Positions 20,035 to 32,119 of a DNA stretch of 64,000 bases are shown in pieces. Source of the stretch: an uncultured bacterium (lineage in GTDB: Bacteria; Margulisbacteria; WOR-1; CAVSGV01). Numbering within the stretch: position 1 is the stretch's first letter; every line of letters starts with the position of its first letter. The DNA lies in assembly GCA_963768305.1 (NCBI GenBank), contig CAVYHE010000009.1, positions 96,001 to 160,000 of the forward strand, written 5' to 3'. Position numbers and translations under genes: made by a program. The notes beneath the pieces were generated by a model, which ran no database searches, was not told the DNA's origin, and saw only the letters and a program-made list of their open reading frames with translations.

Positions 20035-22705
20035 TTACTGGAACGCGCTTGCGGCTTTCAGCTGCTTGATCTGCGCCTGCCCGAACTTGGTGTTCGCCAG
20101 CAATTCAGCAAGTTCAGCCCTTGTTACCGGCTTTCTGGCTTCGAAGTTCTGCCCTTTAAGGTAGCCCAGCATTCCGGAATCTTTCGCGGCGGCAACATAC
20201 CTGGATGACCATTCTTTCGCCGTCATATCAGGGAACGGGCCCGCAACGAGATTAAGAGGTAGCTGAGCATTGTCAAATTTCATCAGCGCGGCAACGGTTT
20301 CGGCCCTTGTCGCGGCTATGTTCGGCTCGAATTTGCCCGCCTTGCGCCCTGACATATATCCGGCTTCCACCGCCGTTTTTATGTACTGCGCCGCCCAGTA
20401 ATCCCTTGAAACATCGGCGTATCCGCCGTTATAGGTGCTCGAGGCGGGAAGCCTTTTTGCTTTCACAAGCAATGCCGCAAGTTCGGCCCTGGTAACAACT
20501 CTGTTAGGCTTGAATGTTCCGTCCGGGTATCCTGTCATCAAACCCGCGGTCGCAAGATATTTTATGGAATCTTTCGCGAATGCCCCTTCTCCCACGTCGG
20601 CGTATCCCTTTAGCTGTACCTGCTTGCCCGGCGCAGGAACTATGTCTCCGCCGCCAGCCACCGGCATTCCCGCCGTGCCGGATGTAGGCTCACTGTTCTG
20701 GATAACGTTCTCCGCGACAAGCGGAGAAGTGACCTCAGGAGCAAAGCCCACGGTCCAATCAGTAAGGTTGTCCGCGGACGCTTTCGCGTATTGCGTTTTC
20801 GAGAGCATCGACACGGCTTCCGCCCTGGTAAGCTCTCTCCTCGGCTCGAAATTATTGCCGTCTATGTAATCAAGCATTCCCGCGGTCTTTGCCGATGCTA
20901 TTAACGGCGATCCCCAATAGCTCGCGGAAAGGTCCGGATACGGAGGTGTGCTTAGCGAAGCTTGCGTCGGAAGTTCGCCGAACCTCGCCATTACCGCCAC
21001 GCCTTCCGCCCTGGTGATCCTGTTATTCGGCCTGAACGATCCGTCCGGATAACCTTTCACCAGTCCCAGGTCAAGAGCTTCTTTTACGTATCTTGCTGCC
21101 CAATGTGATGGGGCGATGTCGCCGAAAACGTTGGTCGAAACCGGAGGCGGCGGCTCTATGCCTTTACTCTTCACAAGAAGCGCGGCAAGTTCTGCCCTGG
21201 AAAGCGCCCTGTCCGGCATGAATGCGCCGCTCGGGTATCCTTCTATAAGGCCTTTGGTCGCCAGTTTCTCTATAGGCGCGGCCGCCCAGTAATCATCAGA
21301 AACATCGGCAAATTTCGTCAATCTCACGATCCTTATCGTGTGCTCTTCGGTCTTTCCGTTAATATCGGTCGCTATGACCGTCTCAAGATGCTTGCCGGTA
21401 GTGGAAACAGGCACGTTCATCGCGAATTCGCCGTTATCCGCTATCTTCACGTCCGCGGTATTTATCTGGAGTTTCGCTATACTCGCGGGATTCGACACTT
21501 TTCCTTTTATCGGGATGACGGACGAAGTTGTGAACGCCTTATCTTCGGGCGTCAGTTCCGAGATCATGGGGCCATTTTCAACGACAGGCGCGACCGCGAC
21601 AGGAGCTACGACCGCCGGTTTTACGGCCACCGGTTTTTCTTCAACCGGTTTCATCGCCATCGGCATTCCCACGTAAGAGATCGAAAAGTATTGTGACGAA
21701 GAACCCGGGATGTCAGTGAACTCCGGGCTATAAGCATAGTTAAACTCAATTCCCTGATAATTGAAGCCCAGTCCGAGAGTGATATTACTGAGATTGCCGT
21801 CCGGAGCGGGGATCTGATTCACTCCGGCCCTGAGGGTAAGCATCTTATTGATATTGGCGCCGAGTTGCGGCTGATATTCCACTCCCACATGGAGCGTTCC
21901 CGGAACTTCCCCTCTTATGCCCATGTCACAATCCATGGCCAGATTCAGGTTCGCGTCGCTCTGATAAAGCGCTCCGCCGTCCGACGCGTCCCCCATAAGC
22001 GCGGCTTCCGCGCCGATTTTCATGGCGGAGTCTATTGTATCGTCCTCTCCGTCGGGATAAGTCATTGCTCCCGCGATTATATTCTGCAGCGATAATCCGT
22101 ATGACATGTATCCTTTCGGCTTGTATAACAACCCGAGGTCGGCCGCGACGCCGCTTCCGCTGAGGTCCGATGCCCCTCCCTTGCCCGATGCGCTGTTCGT
22201 AATATATTTGATGGTATATCCGCCGTAAACGTCTTTTGCGCTCGGGATCAAATTTTTCCCGAGGTTCACGCCCTGAGACACGAAAAAGACATTTTCACCG
22301 TAAGAACCGTTACCTTCGGACGTTCCGTATATGTTATATAATGGTATGCTGCCGGTCGCCTGGCTTATCACTCCGACGCCGACGCTGCCAAGATCATCGC
22401 TTATCGGATACGCGCCGGATATCACGGTGTAGTTCACTTCATCAAGAAGGCTTGTGTACATGCTGGTAAGCTTTAATGAAGAGACCTCCCCGAGTCCCGC
22501 GGGATTAATGAAAACCGTTTCGGCGTTCTGGGCCACTCCGACATACGCGCTGCCCATGCCCATCGCTCTTGCGCCGACGGAAAGGTCCATCGGGTCCGCG
22601 GTAAGCGCGTAGGCCGAGCCGCAGGCGATGAAAACAACGGCGAATGCGAACATTAAAACAGATCGGATCGATCTTGATGTTGTAAATTATATTAAATGAT
22701 TGCAT
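20035..22705 (-). CDS. PorV/UPF0164-like beta-barrel fused to an Ig-like domain and multiple SLH domains; 5' end probably frameshifted
   Basis: Signal peptide ending AYA; GARAMGMGSAYVG...FINPAGL; repeated FADV..YWA...I..L...GL..GYPDGTF.PN...TRAE SLH motifs; ATG 22705 has an AGGA/GGAGG RBS. Confidence 0.85.
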
Positions 22706-22759
22706 TAATTTTTCCTCCCGATCGAGTTCCCTTTATGACGCCATTCCCTCTCTATATAT

Positions 22760-22787
22760 ATATCGTCAATATTCATCGAAAATTTCA
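22760..22787 (-). promoter_or_regulatory. sigma28-like promoter P1
   Basis: TGAAA-ttttcgatgaatatt-GACGATAT. Confidence 0.75.
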
Positions 22788-24258
22788 CTTTTTTATGACA
22801 AGTATTTTGGCCTTCGCGACCAGATTTCCGTTATCCACTACCATGATAAGGTATATTCCGTTATTCACTGTCCCGCCGTACGAAGACTGGCCGTCCCATG
22901 GGAGCCATGCTACCCCCGGCACCCCCACTCACATCTACAGTCACAGCTTTATCCTGATAAATGATCCTTCCGTTAGCGTCAAAGATGTATATGCTGACCG
23001 TATCTCCGATGGCTTTCGGTGCGAACAACATTTTTAGAGGATTATTCTTATCGTTCGGGTTGAACGGGTTCGGATAAGCCATCATTATTCCGCCGGCCTT
23101 TGCGTAGATCGCGTTGCCAGGAGGCGTGAATCCGCCGCCACCGCCACCGCCGGTGGATAGATTTACTGTGAATGCAACTGTTGGGGCCTCGCTTCCGGTT
23201 GTCACGGTAACGGTCCTTGACCCCGTTGCCGCAGAAGCATCAATAACAACATTGTTGCATGTTAAATGCGTCGCATCTGTCACACTTACACTGCCGACAG
23301 AGATGTTGCTTCCAAAGCTGACAGTTGTAGTGCCGCCGAAATGCGTGTTCGCACCGACTATTGCAACGCTGGTAATGGTTGCTCCCTGAGTTCCGCTACT
23401 CGGAGTAATGCTGGAGATAGTTGCAGCACCAACCGGGTTCACCGTGAATGCAACTGTTGGAATCTCACTTCCAGTTGTCACGGTAACGGTCCTTGACCCA
23501 GTTGCCGCAGAAACATCAATAACAACGTTGTTGCATGTTAAATGTGTCGCATCTGTAACACTGACACTGCCGACAGTGATATTGCTACCAAAGCTGACGG
23601 TCGTCGATCCGTTGACAAAATGCGTGTTCGTGCCGACTATTGCAACGGTGGGAACGGTCGTTCCTTGAGTCCCGTTATTTGGAGTAATGCTGGAGATTGC
23701 TGCGACTGGAACAACTGAAGTATTCGTTGAAAAAGTTGCAATTGAAAGTTCACTCGGAGTTCCTGGGAGTGGTGTAGTAGGATCTACAGTAAAAGTTGCC
23801 GAATTCCCGAAATAAGTTGCACCGGCAATCGTTGAAGCGTTCCACGCTCTTATATAAAATGTTCTTGTTCCTCCAGAACTTGCTGCCTGCTCAAATCCAA
23901 GATAAAACTTTCCAGCCATTGGAGGGCTTATCAAGCTACTATCATCTGTGCCAACTGCTTTTGTCCCAACAAGAACATCGTCCCCTCCAGGAGAGCCATC
24001 AGCATTAGGACTGTCTATTATGCCATTTGGTCCTACCCAAATGGCTTGTATAATACAATTTACAGGAAGCAGAGTAGAGTTATCGCTGTTTTTGACCACT
24101 CCACCGGACCACCATTCGCCATTATCGCAAATAGTTGCGAAATCGTAATAATACGACGCTGCAAATGCTGCCCTAGTGAACAACATAAAACCACAGAATA
24201 ACACCAACCCAATCGCCACCCCCTTAACAAATAACATTATTTTACTTTTCATTTTCAT
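22785..24258 (-). CDS. Secreted Ig/IPT-repeat protein with a T9SS type-A/FlgD-Ig-like C-terminal domain; last ~40 codons frameshifted
   Basis: Signal peptide AFA; two GTNTHF...AATGSRTVTVTTGSE modules; MAYPNPFNP...IYIFDANGRII, then the shifted frame WDGQSSYGGTVNNGIYLIMVVDNGNLVAKAKILVIKK*. Confidence 0.8.
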
Positions 24259-24269
24259 CTCCTCCTTTT

Positions 24270-24296
24270 ATATCGACAAATTTTCAAATAATTTCA
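24270..24296 (-). promoter_or_regulatory. sigma28-like promoter P2 (14-nt spacer)
   Basis: TGAAA-ttatttgaaaattt-GTCGATAT, abutting an AAGGAGGAG RBS. Confidence 0.6.
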
Positions 24297-24320
24297 TACA
24301 TAACAACAACTCTGATTTTA

Positions 24321-27300
24321 TTAATAAGGTTTGGCATAAACCCAGTTTTCTAATCCTGCTTTCTGTTTGACAATAAAGTATCCTTTCCCAACCTCAAAAT
24401 TAGGTAAGCCTGTTGAAAACGTTAAATCAGTTTTTAGTAAGGCGAATCTCCAATTGACAGGAGGAGCATCGTAGCCCCAAACCCTATCCGCCGTATCTAC
24501 AGTGCCTGGTGTCAAAAGACTTCTTAAAGTCGCACATTCTGTTCCGTTTAGAGAAACGGCAACCGGGAATGTGGTCCCCACCATATTATTCCCCTGAAGG
24601 AGCGGGATTGTCCTTTCTCCACTACTTATTTTACCTACTATAGAAATAATTTTTGAGGAGGTATTATTATTGACAATCCAATACCCTTTATCTGCTTCAA
24701 TTGAAGCTAATTGACCAACCCAAACACCACTTGTGTTTAATAATGCAAATTGCCAAAGATTTATAGGATCGTAATGCCAAATTCTATCTCCTGTTTGAGC
24801 GCCACCCCCCGTTAATTGATTCCCAATGCAAGTATTTATGCTGATATCAAAAGGAATAACTGGGAGAGAAATTAAATTATTTCCAACGCTTATATTATAA
24901 TCAAATTTCCCCAGCACTTCCTGCGTCAGATCAGCAGTTGTTGGAGCTATCCCTTTGGGCATTATCTTATACCACTTGTTCGTTCCGCTGCCCACTTTTC
25001 CAGGAACTGAAGAATCGATCTGCGACGTGCCGGAAACATTTGGAAATTCATTCGTCCACGTAGCCGTAGTTGTTTCAAATGTCCCTGTTAATGTATAGAT
25101 ATCCACATTACCGGTGGAGCATATCCAGCTAAGCCCTATATTGCTCCCTACTGCATCGCCTTCGCGGGTGATAGATATATTTGTCACGGGTCCGGTGATC
25201 ACAGTCCCTACCGTAAAATCAACCAGATTGCTCGCATCATTGCTCGCCGTCACCTGCACCGGATATACTCCTGTGCCTAATGGCTGGCCTGAAGCATCAT
25301 TTGGAACGATGACATCGATCTCAGTCGAGCTCCAGGATGTCACATCGGTTGTCGGAACATTGGTCGTTCCGAACATCACGTGATACGATGCCGTATCCCT
25401 GTTCGAAATGTCGGAATGAAGCGGATCTAATGGATCATTTCCAAAATTGGAGCCGGTGATCTTAACGGATATTCCTGAAGATCCCGAAGGTTCAGATGAC
25501 GGGCTTATTAATGTTATTGTGGGCACTGCCGCGGACGAAACCGTGAAAGGAACTCCGTTGCTTGTCTGTCCACCGGCGGTAATGACCACGGGACCCGAAG
25601 TTGCCCCCGCAGGTACCTTCACCACTATCTCTTTGTCTGTCCATGACACCGGGGTCGTATTGCCAGCTGTTGGGAACGATATCGTGCCGCTGCTCCCGAA
25701 ACCGGACCCTTCTATTGTTATGAGCGTTCCCGTTGGGCCGGAGTTAGGCCCTAACTGATCAACTATAGGCCCGGTCCAAGCCACCGCGGTCACAAAATCA
25801 ATATAATTGTAATTCGAATTCGTATTGGTCCCATAATAATTGAACGAATAGTTCTGTATGCTCTTGCTGAAAACATCATCGTCTTTAACGGAACCGGAAT
25901 AATCATTCCTCCATAATCTGCTGAACGGTATCTTCACTTCCTGTGTGCTCAAGCTGTTGCTCAATGAATATTTATCCAATGAAACATACGGTTCTGGCTT
26001 GGCTCCGCTTTCCAGAACGGCCAACTGGATAGTATTTGCGCTGCCGTCCCCTTTCAATATGAACACGAACATGTTGCAGGAAGTAAGGTCGATAGGCTGG
26101 ACCGTGGACTTAAGTGCTCTCCCCCAGTACCCGCCCCACTGTGAAGAATTGGTAGCGCCGGGATAAATGGACTTCATTGAGTTTAGCCCGTCATAATAAG
26201 CTTCTGTTGTCGCTTCCGGAGTCGCGATCGTCACTTCTCCCGCATTTTTTGCGTTGGAATTAAAAAGGTCATACATACTGGTATTTTCATAATTATCGAT
26301 CATCTTTCCCGCTATCGGCATAAAGGTTTTATCGCTGTTGCTTGGCGAACTATTCACAGTTACAGTAACAGGAACAGAAGCGCCTGCCGTAAGCCCCGAA
26401 GGCGCCGGCTCCACTATCCTTGTATCTGTCCATAACTCAGGAGTGCCGGCAACGGTTGAATTGAACGTCACCGTGCTGGAACCCTGGCTGGCACCAAAAC
26501 CTGTGCCAGTTATGTCCACATAGGTCGTGAACGGAGCCGCGGCGAATGGACCCGAAATAGGAGCCACGCTTGTGACTGTAGCCGCCGGGCCGCCCAGAGA
26601 TCCATTTACCGTGAATGCATTGTTGCCCGGGACAACTTCGCTGCTGGTCGTAACAACAACATTCCTTGTTCCACCGGCCGCCGATGCGTCGATAGAGATA
26701 TTACATGTTAAATTTGTAGCGCTTGATGCAGCAATGTTGCTGACAGTGATGCCCTGTCCCATATCAATAGCTGTTGAGCTGCCAAAATGCGTGTTCGCTC
26801 CGACTATTGCAACACCGGTTAATGTCGCGCCTTTATCTCCGTTGTTGGGCGTAATACTGACGAAATAAGGAGATCCGGTCGTGTTCACAGTAAATTCATT
26901 TGTGCCTGTAACGGTCTCGCTGCCTGTTGTCACGACAACATTCCTTGCCCCTGTAGCCGCAGATGCGCCGATTGCGATATTACAGGTTAAATTTGTTCCA
27001 TCCGATGATGCGACAATGTTGCTGACAGTTATGCCAGATCCCCAGATCAACAGTGGTAGAGCTGCTGAAATGCGTGCTCGCTCCGACTATTTTTGCGCCG
27101 GTCAACGTGGATCCCTGATCGCAGATGTTCGGCGAAATAAACAGGATGGAAGGCTGTCCCGCCTGTGCCGGCGGCGATTGCATGTTAAAATTACCGCCAA
27201 AATTAGTTCCCGAGCTAGTCGCCCAGTTGGCGGTCACGGTCACTACAGCATTGCCGATGGCTACTCCCGCGGGAACAACACATTCTATTGTTGTATTGGA

Positions 27301-28734
27301 CCACGAAGTTATATTGTTATCGGAAAGCTGGATATTCCCAAATTTCACGTTATCTGAGAGTGAGTTTCTGTTCCCGAACCCCGGATCCGGCCCGAACGTT
27401 GTGCCGTTTATCGTGACCGCGGTTCCCACAGAGCCTGAAGAAGGAGTCAAAACACTAACATTCGGTTTAACCATGAAATATATATCTGTAGGCGCCTCCG
27501 AGCTGGCGGATGTTACGGCTACCAGCATATTTCCCGGCCACACGCCGGCGGGCACTTTGCATACTATCTGAGTGTCCGTCCAGGTAGTTACATCGGCATC
27601 CGCCACCTGGCATTTATTCTTCAACCCCGTGTCCGTGAAGATCACGTGATTAGTCGGCGTGCTTCTGCTTCCGGCCGGGATATTCCCCATCCCTGTGCCG
27701 GTAATCATCACCGTGTCTCCCGCTAACCCGGAGGAAGGAGCAACTGAAGAAATATCAAAGGCGCTCAAAGTGTAGCTCATTGCGTTGCTGCTTTGTCCGT
27801 TCACCGTGACTTTGACCTGATAATTTCCGGGCGCTAATCCAGCCGGGATCCTGCACCATATCTCGTTAGGAGTAACAGTATTGCACCATATATCACCTTT
27901 TGATTGATCAAAGATTATCGGAGTGGTAACGTTTGTAGCACTGGTGAATGTCACCGTGCTTGTCCCCTGCGTCCCGCCAAATCCTGAGCCGAAAAGCACT
28001 ACCTGATCGCCGGGCGCTCCGGAAGTGGGAGCAGCCATATTGGTTAGCGTTAGCGATGGCGTTGCAGTGGAAAGAACTTTATATTGATCTCCCGGCGCAT
28101 TTATCGGGCTTTGGCCGGCAGATGTTGTCACTCTTATATCATATGTTGTTCCGACTGATAACCCGCTCGGGATCGAAATCCCATTTATCAATGTGGAGCT
28201 TGAGACAGTATATCCGGTTATTGGAGTTGACCCGACCACTATACTTGTAACATTGGAAAAATCCGTTCCTGTGATCGCTATCCCCGTATTAGGCGATAGT
28301 CCGCTTGATGGAGATACTCCTGTAACAGTCGGAATTCCAGGCGCATTGACCGTGTAGGTCATTGCATTGCTGCTCTGTCCGTACACTGTCACTGTTACCT
28401 GATAATTTCCGGGCGTCAATCCTGCCGGGATCCTGCACCATATCTCGTTAGGAGTAACAGTATTGCACCATATATCACCTTTTGATTGATCAAAAGTTAT
28501 CGGGGTAGCAATCTGGGCCGCGCTGGTGAATATCACCTCGCTTGTTCCCTGTGTCCCGCCGAATCCCGAGCCGAAAAGCACCACCTGATCGCCGGGCGCT
28601 CCGGAAGTCGGAGCTAATGTGCCTATCGTTGGCGCGGCCGCAAATGCCGGGACCGCAAGGGCGCACAGGACAACGAACAGGATGCCCGCAAGAGATCCCT
28701 TTTTCAGCCAGACACCATCATGTAATGTTTTCAT
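24321..28734 (-). CDS. Large secreted IPT/TIG-domain surface protein (~1,470 aa) with a carbohydrate-binding-like domain; split by one frameshift near 27045
   Basis: Signal peptide AFA; many P.SG..G..V.I.G..FG...SW....I...VP IPT modules; CBM11/CIA30-like segment (IDNYE...DLTSCNMFVFILKGDG...VKIPFSRL...YIDFV); ORFs 26980-28734 and 24321-27050 join mid-module. Confidence 0.8.
27780..28612. repeat. Near-identical ~250-bp duplication of one IPT module (offset 582 bp)
   Basis: APTSGAPGDQVVLFGSGFGGTQGTS...FDQSKGDIWCNTVTPNEIWCRIPAGL occurs twice; identical DNA blocks start at 27845 and 28427. Confidence 0.85.
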
Positions 28735-28744
28735 TGCCCTCTCC

Positions 28745-31700
28745 TTATTGATTAATATTTACGAATTTTCCTGTTTTAGTGCTAGCATCGTATTGGACAT
28801 CCATTTCGCCTCTGAGGGTTTTACAAACGTTGTCGGTGTATATTAATTGCCCGATCGCTTCTTTGTTATATAATACCACTTTTCCGCTCATAATTCCAGC
28901 TGGTCTCGGCGGATCATCAGGTCCCGGCTTTTCCCCGTCAGCGGTCCACCAGGCATTCCCCACGTTTTCCGTCCAGGCATTAGAAAGGAATTTGATGCAA
29001 TCTTCGACCGATGGATTATAGTCGTTACCTGTGCGGACACTGAACATGTCTTGGGCCACGCTTGTATTATTATTGTCGAAGGCCTTCAACACATTGGTGT
29101 ATCTGTCGATCGCATCGTGATATTTCTTGCTCGACCAGTCTTTATATTTTTTATTATGCAACATCTCCAGATCGCCCTTATTTAAAAATGCGTTCAGATC
29201 GACATATTTCTGGAGATAAAGTCCCAAGTTTGCAGGCCCATTTGCAGGCATGTTTGGCAAGTTCCACGTTCCAAGATTGTCTAAGTCACCCATAGCGCAT
29301 TTCCTTAACTCTTTCATCCACTGTATAAGCGGCTCCTTGTCACCCAGGTCAGGATTCCTCCCTAAAAGCTTCAGGGCCAGATATACTTTATAATGCTTTA
29401 CATACGGTTGGAACTTCGCCTCGTCAAAAGCTATATCTGCAAATTCAGCTGGACTTTTATGGAATTTTTTCACAAGCAGGTCGTTGGCCAAACCCTGATC
29501 TCTAACATTAGCCAGGGGCAAAGGCAGCGGCGAAGTCCCGTTCGTGAAAACCGGATTAAGCCTCGGACGGAGCGGTCGAGCTGGGGCTTGCGGCTGAGCC
29601 GGGGCTGGCGGCGTTGCAGGTGCAGCCGGCTGCAGAACTACAGCTGGTTGCGGAGCTGCAGGGGCTGCGGCTGGCGTCTGTTGCACAGTCGTAGTTTCGG
29701 TGGTCACCTGAACCGAGACTTTCGGCTGAGCCACCACTTTCTTCGATGTATCAGCTGGCGTCGGAGCCGGGGCTACCGGCTGTAAAGTTGTTTTTTGCAA
29801 CTCTTTTGCTGGCAATGGCGCTGCGGCTGCCGGTTGTGGAGTCGCTTTTGGCAACTCTTTTGCCGGAGCTGCTGCCGCCGGTTGAGCTGATACTGTCGTT
29901 GAAGCTGCGGCTGTCTGCTTTTGTTCTGCCGGTTTCTGTGATTCAGCTTTTTCAACATAAATTCCCGGTAATTTGCCGCCAAAAGTGATCGTAAAATCCA
30001 CACTTGCAGCTTTTGACATATAATTGTAGCGGGCGCCCACTCCAAAATCGTAAGATTTAAACCTATATCCGAATTTCCCATAAATTGAGCTCTGGTCCTG
30101 ATATAGTAAAGGATAATGCAGTGAAGATATTTCCTTATCCAATAAGAACCTGTATCCCATTCCGCCGTATAATCCGTCCTCCGCATCCTTTGGCGTAATA
30201 TCCGCGCCCATGTCAATGAACTGCTTCACAATCCTTCCATTGTCGGCGTCGGAAATAAGCGAAGAATTCACATAGGCCCTGCCGTAAGCGATATTCGCCT
30301 TGATGAGCTTTTTATTGGTTAACGAGGCATGGAAAATCATGCCGGCTTTCAAGTTAGCCTCGGCAAAATTGGCATCGCTCGTTCGCGAAGGGACAGAGAA
30401 CCCGTTCGTAAGCAGTCCGCTTGCGGAACCTTCCACATTCAAGCTGAGCTGCTCTATGACCTTTACCTCGGCTTTCGCGGAAACAGTGTGCACTGTGATA
30501 GGATCATCAATGCTGGTGTTCAGGTCCTCGTTCCTGCTTGCTCCATATTTGCCTTCCACATAAAGATATTTATTAAGAAGCTGCCCGTCCCCGCTGATAT
30601 CCATCTCTTTCGAGAATCGGTCAGCCGCGGCGCTGATGTGCAAATGAGGGATCGGGGTATATTTAAATCCCCCTCCGGCATTGAATGCACCATCCATCAT
30701 TCCGGTAGTGAAGAACATTTCCCCGTCGCCCAAGCGCACCTGCTCCTTTACCGGCTCGGGTATCGGGATCGGAGGTTTAGGTGGTTCTTGCTTTACTTCG
30801 GCCTCCGCAGGCTTCTGCTGAGGCGCCGGCATCGGTTTTACTTTTATTAGATGCGCCCAAAATGTCTGTTCATCAAAATTCCTCACGCTGGCCGCCTCAT
30901 CCGGGTTGGGCCCATGTTCAAAGAAAGGCATCAACTCATTGCGCTGAATATCCGGGAGTGTCCCGCAAAGCGCTTTCATGGCGTCATAAATGTCCTTTTC
31001 AGAATAAGTGAACATGGAAGCATTGGCCTGGGGATCTTTTAATCCCGCCTCTATCTTCAAATATCGCGCCTGCAGCAAGCCAAAATTCTTGAGCGTTTGC
31101 ATCTGCGCCAGTGGCTTAGCAGCCAGCATCGCCTTCGCTGCTTTATATGCCCCTTTCTGACCCGCGTGTTTCGCATAATAGTCCGCTGCCGCTCTTATAT
31201 TGATAAGATACCTGGTCACCATGGCTTCCACGGTCATGCCTATCGCAAGCAGAACGTTCTTTTGGTCATTTTGCTTTTTGGCCTTTTGCTCATCATTGGT
31301 CGCCGGATCAGCATTAATAGAATCAATATATGATCTCACTTTGGCCAGCATGCCGGCTTCATCCAGTTGTCCCAGGTTGTCCCCAAGGGACTCTTTCAGG
31401 CCGGCTTTCATTGCATCGGTCAGTGGGTTGGCATAACCTTCCGCAAGCAAGGATAATCGCTTATAAAGACTTATGTTAAGGCTGTCTTTATCGAGATCGC
31501 CATGGCCCGGCTGACTAAAGTTGTCCTTGGGATATGAAGTTTGAACGAGCTTGGCCGCGTTCCTGCCCCTGTTTTCAGTCTTTGACGACGCTATCTTTAT
31601 CAATTGATCTATTTTCGCGGAATAAAGCCATGCACTTTCCATTTTAGATAATCCCGGTTTCACGCTCCTGGAATATCCGGCCACGCTGACGCCGGTGGTA

Positions 31701-32077
31701 TATCTTGTCATTAAAAGCTCCGCAGCGAATTTAAGGGCATTTAAAGCCTGTTGGTCTTCGCTTTCCAATGAAAGACGATAATCATAAACGCTGCCCGCCT
31801 TAAGCGAGGCATTTATGCACATCTGATCGGCAAGCCTAAGGATCCCGGCAGGTGAAGTATCTTCAATTATTATGGTCGTGGGCGCGGCAACAGCGGCAGG
31901 AGCGGCCGCAGGCAAATTCACATTAACATCAGCATGAGTAACACGCTTTTTTGATGTTGTTTTAGTCGTGCCTTTGTTAGGAGCGGCGGATTTTGCGGCC
32001 GTTGTATTAGCGCCCGCCTTCGCCGTTGGAGTCGGCTGAACCGTTTCCACCTTCTTTGCTTGTCCTAAAGTTACCAT
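28745..32077 (-). CDS. 1110-aa hypothetical protein: T/A/K-rich leader, helical domain, central beta-barrel-like region, Pro/Ala linker, C-terminal domain
   Basis: Long ORF with AAGGAGG RBS; alternating beta-strand patterns (NAGGGFKY, YLYVEGKY, LYGGMGYRF, YDFGVGARY, VDFTITF); no hydrophobic signal peptide. Confidence 0.7.
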   Translation of the reverse strand: MVTLGQAKKVETVQPTPTAKAGANTTAAKSAAPNKGTTKTTSKKRVTHADVNVNLPAAAPAAVAAPTTIIIEDTSPAGILRLADQMCINASLKAGSVYDYRLSLESEDQQALNALKFAAELLMTRYTTGVSVAGYSRSVKPGLSKMESAWLYSAKIDQLIKIASSKTENRGRNAAKLVQTSYPKDNFSQPGHGDLDKDSLNISLYKRLSLLAEGYANPLTDAMKAGLKESLGDNLGQLDEAGMLAKVRSYIDSINADPATNDEQKAKKQNDQKNVLLAIGMTVEAMVTRYLINIRAAADYYAKHAGQKGAYKAAKAMLAAKPLAQMQTLKNFGLLQARYLKIEAGLKDPQANASMFTYSEKDIYDAMKALCGTLPDIQRNELMPFFEHGPNPDEAASVRNFDEQTFWAHLIKVKPMPAPQQKPAEAEVKQEPPKPPIPIPEPVKEQVRLGDGEMFFTTGMMDGAFNAGGGFKYTPIPHLHISAAADRFSKEMDISGDGQLLNKYLYVEGKYGASRNEDLNTSIDDPITVHTVSAKAEVKVIEQLSLNVEGSASGLLTNGFSVPSRTSDANFAEANLKAGMIFHASLTNKKLIKANIAYGRAYVNSSLISDADNGRIVKQFIDMGADITPKDAEDGLYGGMGYRFLLDKEISSLHYPLLYQDQSSIYGKFGYRFKSYDFGVGARYNYMSKAASVDFTITFGGKLPGIYVEKAESQKPAEQKQTAAASTTVSAQPAAAAPAKELPKATPQPAAAAPLPAKELQKTTLQPVAPAPTPADTSKKVVAQPKVSVQVTTETTTVQQTPAAAPAAPQPAVVLQPAAPATPPAPAQPQAPARPLRPRLNPVFTNGTSPLPLPLANVRDQGLANDLLVKKFHKSPAEFADIAFDEAKFQPYVKHYKVYLALKLLGRNPDLGDKEPLIQWMKELRKCAMGDLDNLGTWNLPNMPANGPANLGLYLQKYVDLNAFLNKGDLEMLHNKKYKDWSSKKYHDAIDRYTNVLKAFDNNNTSVAQDMFSVRTGNDYNPSVEDCIKFLSNAWTENVGNAWWTADGEKPGPDDPPRPAGIMSGKVVLYNKEAIGQLIYTDNVCKTLRGEMDVQYDASTKTGKFVNINQ

Positions 32078-32119
32078 AACATCCTCCTTATTTACGATCG
32101 ATACGCATTGTCATTGACA

